Source of the DNA: an uncultured Verrucomicrobiae bacterium
GTDB taxonomy: Bacteria; Verrucomicrobiota; Verrucomicrobiia; Chthoniobacterales; JAFAMB01
Length of the DNA stretch: 64,000 bases
Direction: 5' to 3'
NCBI GenBank assembly: GCA_963762565.1
Contig: CAVXLD010000001.1
Coordinates: 320,001-384,000 of the forward strand
Shown: positions 28,780 to 39,525 of the stretch, piece by piece
How the letters are laid out: every line of letters begins with the position of its first letter
How positions within the stretch are numbered: the first letter of the stretch is position 1
Made by a program: the position numbers and the translations under genes
The notes under the pieces: generated by a model
The model's database searches: none
Told to the model about the DNA's origin: nothing
The model's input: the letters and a program-made list of their open reading frames with translations, nothing else

Positions 28780-30290
28780 TCGTTTGGATCTCGGGTTGCG
28801 TCATTCTCCGTCGCTCTCGGCCCTGGTTCCAGGATTGGAGTGCCGGTAAGCACTCCTCTGAAGTGATGAAGCGGCTCACCGACCCACAATCCTTTTTCAG
28901 TCACTCTAAACTCGCGAATGGTGCGCTCGTGCCTGCCACTACGCTTCTTCGCGACCGAAATTGACTGGCGGACCGCGCCAGCTGCCTCAAAGTGGCGCAT
29001 TATTATCACGGTATCGGCCAGATAAGTGAGGTCGACGGGTGAGCGGATCTCGTTCAAGAAGCCCGACTGGGCAAGAACCATAAGGGTGAGGACCCCTAAT
29101 TGACCGAGGGAGGAAAGAGTCTCGTGTAGTTGCAACTCAAGCATGTTGCCACTCTGCATTGCCTTGCTGTAACCGTTGAGGCTGTCAATGATGATCATGC
29201 GCCCTCCTTCCTTTTCTACGAAGTTCAGCAGCAAGTGGGCGAACTGACCGGGGCTGAGCTCTGCCGGATTAACCTGCTGGGCATGCACGAGCCGATCGCG
29301 AATGAAAGGTTGAAGATCGACGCCGAAGGATGCCGATTTGGCCAGATAAAGGCCTAGATTTTCATCGAAAGTGAACAGGGCCACTCGCTCCCCTCGCGCG
29401 GCAGCAGAATGAGCGTAGGTAATCGCAAGGCTCGACTTTCCAGTCCCTGAGGGACCCATCAACAAATTGCTTGTGCCTCTATCGAGGCCGCCTCCTAATA
29501 GACTGTCGATCCCTTCGACGCCGCACGATACATGCTCCCGGGCAAACTCTCGGTGATGGTCTCCCGGTACAATTCTGGGAAATACCCTGAGACCGCCGGT
29601 CTCAATCAGGTAATCGTGCGAGCCACCCAAAAAAGTGCTTCCTCGAATTTTCAGGATGCTCAGTTGATGACGCTCAGCGCCGTAGGGCAGCTCCTCGCGA
29701 TGCAAGTTGATCACCCCGTGGCAAACGCTCTCCAGCTGTCGATCGTCTCTATTACCATCGGAGGTAAGATCATCCAACAAAAGAGTGGTACACGTTCGCG
29801 CACCCAGGAATCGTTTGATACTTAAAATTTGGCGCCGATATCGAAGGGCGCTCTGTGAAAGAAGGCGGAGCTCAGACATCGAATCAAAAACCGCCCGCCG
29901 GGGTTTGATCCGCTCGATTTCAGCGAAAAGGATCTTCGTAACATCGTGAAGCTCAACATCACCGGGATCAAAAAGAGTGTTTTCCGCCTCTGCCGTAAGC
30001 TGCTGGGCAAAGTTCGAAAGGTCGAAAACATCAATGCCATCAAGTGCCCATCCGTGTGAGTGCGCAACCGCGGAAAGTTCGTCGCGCGTCTCAGAAAAGG
30101 TAACGTACAGACAAGACTCACCCTTGCGGGCGCCAGCCAAAAGGAATTGCAGTGCCAGCGTCGTTTTGCCGAGCCCCGGATTGCCCTGAATCAAATAAAG
30201 AGCGCCAGCGGGAAAGCCTCCACCCAAAATATGATCGAGACCGCCAATTCCACTATTACGTCGCGCTGACTCTGATGCTTCGGCGCTCAT
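28776..30290 (-). CDS. KaiC-like / RAD55 double RecA-fold ATPase
   Basis: Two Walker A motifs (GNPGLGKT, GPSGTGKS), FDS/IDS Walker B, KIRG/KKR fingers; 4-bp overlap with the kinase. Confidence 0.93.
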   Translation of the reverse strand: MSAEASESARRNSGIGGLDHILGGGFPAGALYLIQGNPGLGKTTLALQFLLAGARKGESCLYVTFSETRDELSAVAHSHGWALDGIDVFDLSNFAQQLTAEAENTLFDPGDVELHDVTKILFAEIERIKPRRAVFDSMSELRLLSQSALRYRRQILSIKRFLGARTCTTLLLDDLTSDGNRDDRQLESVCHGVINLHREELPYGAERHQLSILKIRGSTFLGGSHDYLIETGGLRVFPRIVPGDHHREFAREHVSCGVEGIDSLLGGGLDRGTSNLLMGPSGTGKSSLAITYAHSAAARGERVALFTFDENLGLYLAKSASFGVDLQPFIRDRLVHAQQVNPAELSPGQFAHLLLNFVEKEGGRMIIIDSLNGYSKAMQSGNMLELQLHETLSSLGQLGVLTLMVLAQSGFLNEIRSPVDLTYLADTVIIMRHFEAAGAVRQSISVAKKRSGRHERTIREFRVTEKGLWVGEPLHHFRGVLTGTPILEPGPRATENDATRDPND

Positions 30291-30477
30291 CCGTAAATCT
30301 AAGCTGTGGCAAGTAACAGCTCAACAGCTCCGGCTAAGCGAAGAGGTTTTATCGAGTGCCTGTCAGTACATGGGTCGATTGCATGCCCACAATGTTCCGG
30401 CTTCCGCATTCAGGAAGGTTCCTGAAGAGATGGCTTAGGGACCCGCCCTTGTATCCTGAGAGGACTTACCCATTACT

Positions 30478-30660
30478 TCATCCTTCGAGGATGTGACGGA
30501 CCTCCTCGGCGGTCTTCCCCAGCTTCTTCTGAAGTCTTCCCACTAATTCATCGTCCTTCCCCTCCGCGTACGTCAAATCGTCGTCCGTCAGCTGAGCATA
30601 CTTTTGTTTGAGCTTGCCTTTAACTTCATTCCAAGAACCCTTGAATTGCAGTTTGTTCAT
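30478..30660 (-). CDS. csbD: CsbD-family general stress protein
   Basis: [23 protein letters not shown]...[12 protein letters not shown]. Confidence 0.95.
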   Translation of the reverse strand: MNKLQFKGSWNEVKGKLKQKYAQLTDDDLTYAEGKDDELVGRLQKKLGKTAEEVRHILEG

Positions 30661-31069
30661 ACCAAGTGTTCGTTTTTCAGCTCTCTTGTGGCTGCCAGGT
30701 TGACCGTGGGACTCCGCTCAACGTGTGGAACTAGTGGGCTTCGAGACCGACCTGACGGGGGGACAGCACCGGGCGCCTCACGCAGACGACGCCCTGATGC
30801 CTGAAGCGGGCAATGTCCCCGACCTCATCCTTTGTTCGCTGCAAGAATGCCGGATGGGTCCATTTTTCTTACCCCAGGAGAGTAGGAGTCACATAATTCG
30901 TGTGCCAGGAAATCGCTCGCCCACGCCAGCCAGGAACGATTTAGCTCCGTCAAGCCGGACTTCCAATACGACCACTTTTTCGAGCTTTGACGATCATTTG
31001 AGAAGATGGTGCGCTGTCTGACCATTTTTCTGGGCACCACAATTCACACCCCAAAAAGCCGGAGACCTT

Positions 31070-31486
31070 ATGAAAGGAGCAACAGACTACGAAAATCAAG
31101 ACGACTTGAAGAACCCTGTGAATCAAGTCGTCGCGATTCTCCCGGGCGGCGCGGATGTCGAAGGTATCGTGGCTATCTTGCATCAGGCCGGCTTTTCATC
31201 GGAGAGCATTGGAGTGTTATCCGGTCGCAAGGACGCTCATAAGCTAGATGCTGCGTCAGGTAAAACGGGGCTGGTTCGCAAACTAGCTCAAATCGGGCCG
31301 GACTTTGGAGACCTAGACGCCGGTCATTTAAAAGCATACGCGGAGGCGCTCCGCAACGGTGAGACGGTGATCGCCGTCACGGCCAAATTCGGTGAAAAGC
31401 GTCGGGAGATCGCGGAACTGCTCAAAAGCCACGGAGCCAAGTTAATCAATTCGTATGGTCTATTTAGTATTGAGGGCCTGGGATAA
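31070..31486 (+). CDS. Hypothetical protein (general stress 17M/YflT-like layout)
   Basis: L..AGF..ESI.V and Y.EAL..GE.VIAV..L..HGA pattern. Confidence 0.65.
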   Translation: MKGATDYENQDDLKNPVNQVVAILPGGADVEGIVAILHQAGFSSESIGVLSGRKDAHKLDAASGKTGLVRKLAQIGPDFGDLDAGHLKAYAEALRNGETVIAVTAKFGEKRREIAELLKSHGAKLINSYGLFSIEGLG

Positions 31487-31756
31487 CGTTATAATAGTAT
31501 CCATCTGCCCCGCCCCGAAGTGGTTGGATCCGAGGCAGCAAGACCTGACGCGTCTCCAGAAGTGCCGGTTACGCCCACAGAACCGCCTTCCCTACTCCCA
31601 CGGAGCCGTTGTCCGTACCGATTCCTACCAAGCCTAATTCATTATTACCTCAGGTACGACCGGCGCTAGTTGTTGCCGCGAATTTAGCGCGGAAATGACA
31701 TCGAAAGGGGCGGAGTTCACTCCAAACGGTGTCGCTCCTGGAAATATCGGATCGAG

Positions 31757-32416
31757 ATGCCTCAGATATTTTCTCCAGGTACAAATACCGTATTCAGAAC
31801 CGCTTTGGTCCTGAGCCCGTTCCTGTTGGTCGGAAGCCTATTTGCCATCTATCGCCTGAACTATTCCTCATGGGCGACTCAAGTCGGAGTGCCCATTGAT
31901 CAGCCGGTCCCTTTCAGCCATGAACATCACGTAGCTGGCCTCGGGATCGATTGCCGCTATTGCCACACTTCCGTTGAGCAATCGGCTTTTGCCGGCATGC
32001 CATCGACCCGGACCTGCATGACTTGCCATTCCCAGATTTGGGCCCAGGCTCCGATCCTGGCCCCGGTTCGGGAGAGCTTAGCCGGGAGTCAGCCGATTCG
32101 TTGGACCCGGGTGCATCAGCTGGCGGACTACGTGTACTTTGACCATAGCGTTCATGTGCGCAAAGGAGTTGGCTGTGTGAGTTGCCACGGTCCGGTCGAC
32201 CAGATGCCAATCACTTGGAAAGAGCACACCTTGCAAATGGGCTGGTGTTTGGATTGTCACCGGCACACCGAGGCCGCTCTCAGACCACCCAGCGAAGTAT
32301 TTAACCTGAATTGGAAACCGTCAGGTAATCAGAGTGCAGACGGACTGAAGCTAGCAAAGGAAGCCCGAATCAAGTCCGTCCAGGAGATTACCGATTGCAC
32401 CACTTGCCACCGGTAA
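31757..32416 (+). CDS. actA: Alternative complex III pentaheme cytochrome c
   Basis: N-terminal TM; five CxxCH; QPVPFSHEHH. Confidence 0.93.
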   Translation: MPQIFSPGTNTVFRTALVLSPFLLVGSLFAIYRLNYSSWATQVGVPIDQPVPFSHEHHVAGLGIDCRYCHTSVEQSAFAGMPSTRTCMTCHSQIWAQAPILAPVRESLAGSQPIRWTRVHQLADYVYFDHSVHVRKGVGCVSCHGPVDQMPITWKEHTLQMGWCLDCHRHTEAALRPPSEVFNLNWKPSGNQSADGLKLAKEARIKSVQEITDCTTCHR

Positions 32417-32418
32417 TC

Positions 32419-35400
32419 ATGCGCCAAATTTTAAACGTTCATGGGGTTGATCGAACTCAATGGGGCAGTCTCGAAGAGTTAACCTCCGCTCCGGAATTCC
32501 GAAGCTGGCTAGATCGAGAATTTTCAGAAGGAGCCTCGGAGTTCGCAGACCCACTGGCCAGACGCGAATTCATGAAGTTAATGGGAGCGAGTCTGGCTCT
32601 GATGGGTTTCTCCGCCTGCCATAGGCCGCCCCAGCAGAAAATCGTGCCTTACCTTGAACAACCAGAATTTCTAGTCCCGGGCCGACCGCTATTCTTTGCC
32701 ACGGCCATGCCGTTCAACGGTTCTGCGACTGGTATTCTCGTTGAAAGTAATGAAGGCCGTCCGACAAAAGTCGAAGGCAATTCCACTCACCCACTCAGCC
32801 TCGGCGCCACCGGCATTTTCGAACAGGCTTCGATACTCGGTCTGTACGACCCGGATCGTTCGAAAACAATCTCTAATGATGGGCAGATCGAGACTTGGAA
32901 CCGCCTGGTTTCAGCTTGGTTAACCGAGCAGGATCACCATCTAACTCAAGGAGGCCAAACGCTGCGCTTTTTGATTGATTCGATAACGTCACCGACGTTG
33001 AGCTGGCAGATCGCTCAACTGCAAAAGCGTTATCCCGCCGCGAAATGGTATCAATGGGAACCAATCTCTCGCGAGACCATCCTGGAGGCATACGGATCTA
33101 TCTTCGGTAAACCGGCTCAGCCGGAGTATGACCTTGGTGCTACGGATGTTATCGTCGCTTTCGATAGCGACTTCCTGTTCGACTCCCCATTTCGCCTGGC
33201 GTATACGCGAGCTTTTGCCGGCCGTCGCAACTATCGGCGGACCGATTTTTCAAATCCCAATTATCTTTACGTAGCGGAACCAAGCCCGACTATCACAGGC
33301 TCGATGGCCGAGATGCGCCTGCCAATGGCCGGATGGAAGATCAGTGGATTAGTGCAAGCACTCGCGAATCAGCTTAGCGCAAAGGAATCCAAGGCTGAAG
33401 TTGATGAGCCGGACGCCGTGGCCTGGATGCAGGAGTGTGTCGCCCGGTTACAAGCCAGTCGCGGACATTCCCTGGTAGTCGCCGGTTATCGTCAGCCGGC
33501 TCTGGTTCATCACTGGGTTCACGCGATTAATGTCGCGCTAGGAAATATCGGTAAAACGGTCAGCTATCGACAGGTCACTGGGATTTCTCTGGCATCGCCG
33601 TCCCAGGGTATCGCGAAACTCGCACAAGAGCTCGCCTCCGGGCAGGTAGAGACGTTGGTCATCCTGGGTGGAAATCCGGTGTTTGATGCGCCCGCTAACC
33701 TGGAATTCGAGAAGCTTCTATCCCGCGCCCGATTTTCCCTGCACCTCTCTTTGTACGATGATGAAACTTCAGCCGGCTGTCATTGGCATGTTCCGGAGAG
33801 CCATTTTTTAGAAAGCTGGAGCGACGCCGTTGCTAGCGATGGCAGCACTTCCATTATTCAGCCACTGATTGCTCCGCTTTATGGGGGTTATTCCCGGCAT
33901 CAGCTCTTGGCTCTCTTTCTGGGCCAGGTTTCTACCGAGGATCACGATATTGTTCGCGAATATTGGAAATCGAATGGAAATTGGGATGATTTCGAGAAGC
34001 AATGGCGGCAAGGATTGAGCGATGGGATTTTCCCGCTTAACTTAGCGCCAGTCCTCTCTAACACTTCGGGTAGCAATTCGCTGCAGCCCATCGCCCCGAT
34101 TTCCGAAGAAAGTCTCGAAATTGAGCTATCATTCCACCCGGATCCTACCTTGTGGGACGGACGCTTCGCAAATAACGGTTGGTTACAAGAGTTACCAAAA
34201 CCCTTCACTCGACTAACCTGGGAAAACCCGGCTCTGGTCAGCCCGGCACTGGCAAGGGAACTACAAGTTGTTAGCGGTGACATCGTCGAAATTCGCACCG
34301 ATACCGGTACTCTGGAGATTCCGATCTGGATTCTTCCCGGACAGGCAAAGCGGACAATTTCACTTTATCTCGGAGGAGGGCGCAGCCGAGCTGGGCATGT
34401 CGGCAACGGCGCAGGTTTCAACAGCTATCGGCTCCGAGATCTTCAATCCCTCTGGTTCGTTCGCAAAGCAACCGTTCTCAAAAAAGGCACCTTTCATCAG
34501 TTAGTCAGCACCCAGTTCCATCACGGGATGCAGGGAAGAGATCCGGTCAGAACTCGCACTTTCGAAGAGTTTAGGCAGCAGCAAATACCAAAGACGGAGC
34601 TCGCCGAGAAACCAGAACCAGACCAGACCCTGTACAATTTCGGCGAGATGCTGACCGCGGAGCACCAGTGGGGCATGGTGATCAACCTCAATACTTGCAT
34701 TGCCTGCAACGCCTGTGTCGTCGCCTGCCAGTCCGAGAACAATATTCCGGTGGTTGGCCGCGATCAGGTTTGGCATGGCCGCGAGATGCATTGGATTCGC
34801 ATCGATCATTACTACGAAGGTGAACCCGATTCCCCTAAGCTCTATCATCAACCCGTTCCTTGCATGCACTGCGAGACAGCACCCTGCGAGCTCGTCTGTC
34901 CAGTGGAAGCGACCCTGCACAGCGCGGAGGGCTTAAATCAGCAGATCTACAACCGTTGTATTGGTACCCGGTATTGTTCCAACAACTGTCCTTATAAAGT
35001 ACGCCGCTTCAACTTCCTCCAATTCGCAGATACCAAGACGCCTAGCCTCCAGTTGGGTTGGAATCCTCAGGTGACGGTACGGTCCCGTGGCGTCATGGAG
35101 AAATGCAGCTACTGTGTGCAACGGATTCGAGCCGTAGAAATCGACGCGGAAAAAGAAAATCGGCGAATTAAGGATGGCGAGATCATTCCGGCTTGCGCCC
35201 AAGTTTGTCCGGCCGAAGCCATTACCTTTGGCGACATTAAAGAGAAAGACAGCTTGGTAGCGGAACTGAAAAGGAGTCCGCTTAACTATGGTCTGCTCGA
35301 GGAGCTTAACACCCGACCAAGAACCACCTATCTGGCGAAAGTCGTACCCCTAGGTTCGCAAAAGCCGGGCGCAACTGATCAACCGCCGAATCAAGGATGA
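32419..35400 (+). CDS. actB: Alternative complex III molybdopterin-like / Fe-S fusion subunit
   Basis: Tat-lipoprotein leader RREFMKLMGASLAL..C; EGRPTKVEGN; Cys clusters CIACNACVVAC, CMHC..PC..VCP, CIGTRYCSNNCP, CSYC..CAQVCP. Confidence 0.94.
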   Translation: MRQILNVHGVDRTQWGSLEELTSAPEFRSWLDREFSEGASEFADPLARREFMKLMGASLALMGFSACHRPPQQKIVPYLEQPEFLVPGRPLFFATAMPFNGSATGILVESNEGRPTKVEGNSTHPLSLGATGIFEQASILGLYDPDRSKTISNDGQIETWNRLVSAWLTEQDHHLTQGGQTLRFLIDSITSPTLSWQIAQLQKRYPAAKWYQWEPISRETILEAYGSIFGKPAQPEYDLGATDVIVAFDSDFLFDSPFRLAYTRAFAGRRNYRRTDFSNPNYLYVAEPSPTITGSMAEMRLPMAGWKISGLVQALANQLSAKESKAEVDEPDAVAWMQECVARLQASRGHSLVVAGYRQPALVHHWVHAINVALGNIGKTVSYRQVTGISLASPSQGIAKLAQELASGQVETLVILGGNPVFDAPANLEFEKLLSRARFSLHLSLYDDETSAGCHWHVPESHFLESWSDAVASDGSTSIIQPLIAPLYGGYSRHQLLALFLGQVSTEDHDIVREYWKSNGNWDDFEKQWRQGLSDGIFPLNLAPVLSNTSGSNSLQPIAPISEESLEIELSFHPDPTLWDGRFANNGWLQELPKPFTRLTWENPALVSPALARELQVVSGDIVEIRTDTGTLEIPIWILPGQAKRTISLYLGGGRSRAGHVGNGAGFNSYRLRDLQSLWFVRKATVLKKGTFHQLVSTQFHHGMQGRDPVRTRTFEEFRQQQIPKTELAEKPEPDQTLYNFGEMLTAEHQWGMVINLNTCIACNACVVACQSENNIPVVGRDQVWHGREMHWIRIDHYYEGEPDSPKLYHQPVPCMHCETAPCELVCPVEATLHSAEGLNQQIYNRCIGTRYCSNNCPYKVRRFNFLQFADTKTPSLQLGWNPQVTVRSRGVMEKCSYCVQRIRAVEIDAEKENRRIKDGEIIPACAQVCPAEAITFGDIKEKDSLVAELKRSPLNYGLLEELNTRPRTTYLAKVVPLGSQKPGATDQPPNQG

Positions 35401-35406
35401 TTCGAT

Positions 35407-36798
35407 ATGCCCGACCAGAGACTAACAGAGGACGAATCAATTGAATCTTCCGGATCACCTCGTTTGTTAGTCGGTCCTGCAGAAACCTTTGAGTCCGTTA
35501 GTTCAAAAATCGGCGGGATTGTTCTGGAACGAAAGCATCCTCCGTTTTGGTGGGTTAGCTTTGCTATCGCGTTCCTTTTGTTGATGGGCCTGCTTTACGG
35601 CGTCACCGTCCTTTTTACGGTCGGCGTCGGTATCTGGGGCATCAACATCCCGGTGGCTTGGGGTTTTGCCATCGTCAATTTTGTTTGGTGGATTGGAATC
35701 GGACACGCAGGCACGTTGATCTCTGCCATTCTGCTCCTACTACTCCAAAAATGGCGCAATTCGATTAATCGCCTATCCGAAGCAATGACGCTCTTTGCGG
35801 TCGCTTGCGCGGGTATGTTCCCGCTGCTTCATCTCGGCCGGCCATGGGCGTTCTTTTGGATTCTGCCCTATCCAAACACCATGGGACTATGGCCACAGTT
35901 CCGAAGCGCGTTAGTCTGGGATGTTTTCGCGGTGGGAACCTATTTCACGGTTTCGTTAGTTTTCTGGTATACCGGATTGGTTCCGGATCTTGCCACGATG
36001 CGGGACCGAGCCCGGACGCGTTTCTCGAGAATCGTTTTTGGATTTCTTGCCCTGGGTTGGCGCGGGTCTGCCATTCACTGGAAGAACTATCAAACCGTTT
36101 ACCTCATATTAGCCGGACTTTCGACTCCCCTTGTCCTCTCTGTGCACAGTGTGGTGAGTTTCGATTTTTCAACCGCCATCCTGCCGGGTTGGCATACTAC
36201 GATCTTCCCGCCTTTCTTCGTGGCCGGCGCCGTGTATTCGGGTTTTGCGATGGTTCTCAATATCCTTATCCCGCTTCGCTACGTGTATGGACTGCAATCC
36301 CTGGTGACACCGCGTCACTTGAATTGTATGGCGAACGTCATGCTCACAACCGGCTTGATGGTCGGCTATGGGTATATCATGGAGACTTTCACCGCCTGGT
36401 ATAGCGGTGACATCTTTGAGCAGTACCTCATTATTAACCGCGCCTTTGGGCCATACGGGCCGATCTATTGGGCATTAATTCTGTTTAATATCGCCCTCCC
36501 CCAGTTGCTCTGGTTCCGGCGTATCCGAACGAACCCAATCTCTCTCTTTTTCGTTGCCCTGAGCGTCAATATCGGCATGTGGCTCGAGCGATTTGTGATC
36601 GTTATCGTCAGTCTCCATCGGGATTTTCTGCCTTCCAGTTGGGGAATCTTTGCTCCTACCGGGTGGGACTGGCTGATCCTCTTTGGCTCCGTTGGTTTAT
36701 TCGCTTCTTTAATTTTTTTGTTCGTTCGGTTTCTTCCGATGATCTCGATTTTTGAGGTGCGAGAGATTATCGCAGAACGCCAGAAGGAGACCGCATGA
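35407..36798 (+). CDS. actC: Alternative complex III NrfD-family quinol-binding subunit
   Basis: NFVWWIGIGHAGTLISA, HLGRPW, SVHSVVSFDF, GMWLERF. Confidence 0.95.
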   Translation: MPDQRLTEDESIESSGSPRLLVGPAETFESVSSKIGGIVLERKHPPFWWVSFAIAFLLLMGLLYGVTVLFTVGVGIWGINIPVAWGFAIVNFVWWIGIGHAGTLISAILLLLLQKWRNSINRLSEAMTLFAVACAGMFPLLHLGRPWAFFWILPYPNTMGLWPQFRSALVWDVFAVGTYFTVSLVFWYTGLVPDLATMRDRARTRFSRIVFGFLALGWRGSAIHWKNYQTVYLILAGLSTPLVLSVHSVVSFDFSTAILPGWHTTIFPPFFVAGAVYSGFAMVLNILIPLRYVYGLQSLVTPRHLNCMANVMLTTGLMVGYGYIMETFTAWYSGDIFEQYLIINRAFGPYGPIYWALILFNIALPQLLWFRRIRTNPISLFFVALSVNIGMWLERFVIVIVSLHRDFLPSSWGIFAPTGWDWLILFGSVGLFASLIFLFVRFLPMISIFEVREIIAERQKETA

Positions 36799-37337
36799 GT
36801 GCAGCAGCTCGTCTATACGGTCTTACCGCTCAGTTCGATTCGGCCGAAGAACTAACGGAGGCAGCGCGGACGATGTTTAACGCGGGGTTCCGGCGAATCG
36901 ATGCGTTTACGCCCTATCCGATCGAAGGCCTAGCCGAAATCATCGGTCACAAGAAATCCGCAGCCCCCCTGATCATGTTGATTGGCGGAATAATTGGCGC
37001 CGTGACCGCATACGGCATGGAGCTCTATGCCATGGGATATTTCTATCCGCTCAATATCGGCGGCCGGCCCTTAAACAGCTGGCCTTTATATATACCGATC
37101 ACCTTCGAACTCACCGTTCTTTTCTCCGCCCTTTCCGGATTCGCCGGACTCCTTTTTTTAAATCGGCTGCCTTGTCTCTATCATCCGCTGTTTAGTGTTC
37201 CAGGATTCGAGCGAGCCAGCACGGAACACTTCTTCCTTTGGATCGAAGCGACCGATCCTCGCTTTGAGGAACGTCAGGTCCGGGAGCTTCTCGACCGGCT
37301 GGCGGCCAGAGCGATTTGCGAGGTGCGCGGCAAATGA
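36795..37337 (+). CDS. actD: Alternative complex III subunit (DUF3341)
   Basis: DAFTPYPIEG, NIGGRP, PITFELTVL. Confidence 0.92.
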   Translation: MSAAARLYGLTAQFDSAEELTEAARTMFNAGFRRIDAFTPYPIEGLAEIIGHKKSAAPLIMLIGGIIGAVTAYGMELYAMGYFYPLNIGGRPLNSWPLYIPITFELTVLFSALSGFAGLLFLNRLPCLYHPLFSVPGFERASTEHFFLWIEATDPRFEERQVRELLDRLAARAICEVRGK

Positions 37338-37900
37338 AAACGAGCGGATTCATTTGCTTGTTGTTCGCGATGGCTGCCGTGGGCTGCCGAGAAGAAATGC
37401 GGAACGATTCGCGCCTGAAACCGTTACAAGAAGATCCCTTCTTTGCCGACCGTAGCTCCTCTCGTCCACTGGTACCAGATACGGTCCCTCGCGGAGCAGC
37501 TGACAATGACGACTTCTTTTACCGTGGTGAGGTCAATGGCAAATTGGTACGGGGGGTTCCGGTTCCCGTCACCAAGGATCAACTCGATCGAGGCCGAGAT
37601 CGATTCAATATCTACTGTTCGGTTTGTCACGGCCCCACAGGCGAAGGCGATGGCATGATCGTCCAGCGCGGCTTTCCTCAGCCCCCTTCGTTTCATGAGC
37701 AACGTCTACGGGACGCTCCGGAGGGCCACTTCTTTTATGTTATCAGCCATGGCTACGGCGTCATGTACTCATACAGCGATCGTTTAACGCCGGCGGATCG
37801 TTGGGCGGTGATCGCGTACATCCGAGCGCTGCAGCTCTCGCGAAACTCAACGATCAACGATGTGCCGCCTGAGCAAAAAGCTCGGCTGATGGGGCCCTGA
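37334..37900 (+). CDS. actE: Alternative complex III monoheme cytochrome c lipoprotein
   Basis: Lipobox AVGC; CSVCHG; DRWAVIAYIRALQ. Confidence 0.92.
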   Translation: MKTSGFICLLFAMAAVGCREEMRNDSRLKPLQEDPFFADRSSSRPLVPDTVPRGAADNDDFFYRGEVNGKLVRGVPVPVTKDQLDRGRDRFNIYCSVCHGPTGEGDGMIVQRGFPQPPSFHEQRLRDAPEGHFFYVISHGYGVMYSYSDRLTPADRWAVIAYIRALQLSRNSTINDVPPEQKARLMGP

Positions 37901-37902
37901 CA

Positions 37903-39036
37903 ATGGAGAGCGTCGCTTCCAGACTGGCCGCAGCGCAAAAATTCGGTGTGCTCCTTTTTTGCATCGGCCTCCTGGTAGTAGGAGCCAGTTTGTTCCTGGC
38001 GCCAACTCACGCTTTTCCCTCCTATTTGATCGGGTTTCTCTTTTGGATGGGACTCACCCTGGGATGCTTCCCGATTCTGATGATCTATCATCTCGTCGGC
38101 GGAATTTGGGCGGTTCCGGTCCGAAAGTTTTTGGAGGCGGGGATAAGTACCCTGCCCCTGATGGCGTTCTTGCTAATCCCGCTCCTATTCGGCTTCGGTT
38201 ACTTGTATCGTTGGACTCAACCGGCGGGATTGCGGACCGATCTCTTGCTTGAGCACAAGGCCGTTTACCTCAACCCCCCGGCCTTTCTCGTACGAGCCTG
38301 TCTATTCTTCTGTATCTGGGAAACCTTATCGTTTCTTTTATTGCGTTGGTCCCGACGCCTGGTTGCAACGGCTGAGCCAACCGTCGCTCTAACTCTCCGA
38401 AAAATCAGTGCTCCCGGGCTCATTCTATTCGCACTAGCAACATCCTTCTCGGCGGTCGATTGGGTGATGTCACTAGAGCCCGACTGGTATTCCAGCATAT
38501 TTCCTCTGATCATCATCATGGGACAAATCCTCTCGGCGCTGGCATTAAGCGTCGTTCTTTCGAGAGTGCTGTTAACTTCCGGGGAGGAGGCAACGCCGGA
38601 TCAGCTGAACCAACTCGGCGATTTGCTCTTAGCGTTTGTCATGCTGTGGGCCTACATGAGCATCTCGCAAATCATTATTATCTACGCAGGGAACCTACCT
38701 CACGAGGTCAGTTGGTATCTGCACCGGATGCGCGGCGGATGGCTTGCTTTGAGCTGGATCATCGCTCTCTTTGCCTTTGGCGTTCCCTTCTTTCTTTTGC
38801 TCTTTCGCCAATTAAAACGAGCGCCGGTCTGGCTCTGTAGCATCGCCGGCAGCCTGCTGATTATGCACGCGGTTTGTGTGTTCTGGTATGTTGCCCCGAC
38901 TTTCCGCACCTCAATCTCGCTAGACTGGTGCGATCCCTTTGCCTTCTGCGGGATTGGGGGAGCCTGGGTCGTCGTTTTTTGTCGCCGATTAACCCGTGAC
39001 CCCTGGTCAAAAGAGCCGAAGGAACAATCCGCCTAA
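37903..39036 (+). CDS. actF: Alternative complex III NrfD-like membrane subunit
   Basis: HKAVYLN, DWVMSLEPDWYSSIF, W.Y...SQ..IIY.GNLP.E..WY..R. Confidence 0.9.
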   Translation: MESVASRLAAAQKFGVLLFCIGLLVVGASLFLAPTHAFPSYLIGFLFWMGLTLGCFPILMIYHLVGGIWAVPVRKFLEAGISTLPLMAFLLIPLLFGFGYLYRWTQPAGLRTDLLLEHKAVYLNPPAFLVRACLFFCIWETLSFLLLRWSRRLVATAEPTVALTLRKISAPGLILFALATSFSAVDWVMSLEPDWYSSIFPLIIIMGQILSALALSVVLSRVLLTSGEEATPDQLNQLGDLLLAFVMLWAYMSISQIIIIYAGNLPHEVSWYLHRMRGGWLALSWIIALFAFGVPFFLLLFRQLKRAPVWLCSIAGSLLIMHAVCVFWYVAPTFRTSISLDWCDPFAFCGIGGAWVVVFCRRLTRDPWSKEPKEQSA

Positions 39037-39048
39037 TCGAAACCTCTT

Positions 39049-39525
39049 ATGCCGCCCAACGGATCCGCCGAAGTCGCCAAGAAAGGCTACGAGACGAGCG
39101 ATGTCTCGTTTCGTCCGTGGGCGTGGTTTGTGGCCGTTTTCATCGTGACCATGGTCGTCATCTACCTGGCCGTGCTCGGTTTCATGCAAATTCTAGCGGG
39201 TCCGAATAAGGTTCTTGGTCGAACAGAACATCCGGCGGATCAGAGTCTAAGCCAATTCCCGCAACCGCGGCTTCAAACCGATCCCGCGAGCGATCTTAAG
39301 AGTTACCTAAAGCAGAAAGAAACGGAGTTAACGACCTACGGTTGGATCGACCGGAAAGCCGGTATCGTTCGGATTCCAATCGATCAGGCGATGAATACTT
39401 TTGTCAGTCGAGGCTTTCCAGTGCGGCCGGCGGACAGCGGCTTGACGGAACTCGACATTCAAATTCAAAAAGCCGGAGGCGCTAAGATCCTACCGCCTGC
39501 CGCCAGCCAGCGACAAAGCCCATGA
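39049..39525 (+). CDS. Single-TM ACIII-associated subunit (ActG-like)
   Basis: GYETSD, TM, PQPRLQ, YGWID...RIPIDQAM; position in the operon. Confidence 0.75.
   Translation: MPPNGSAEVAKKGYETSDVSFRPWAWFVAVFIVTMVVIYLAVLGFMQILAGPNKVLGRTEHPADQSLSQFPQPRLQTDPASDLKSYLKQKETELTTYGWIDRKAGIVRIPIDQAMNTFVSRGFPVRPADSGLTELDIQIQKAGGAKILPPAASQRQSP

Noticed and set aside
28776..30290. Circadian clock locus
   Set aside because: No kaiA or kaiB nearby and non-canonical phosphosites
32419..35400. Catalytic molybdoenzyme (nitrate/DMSO reductase-like)
   Set aside because: Fusion to Fe-S domain and actA/C/D/E/F context identify ActB, which is non-catalytic for Mo chemistry
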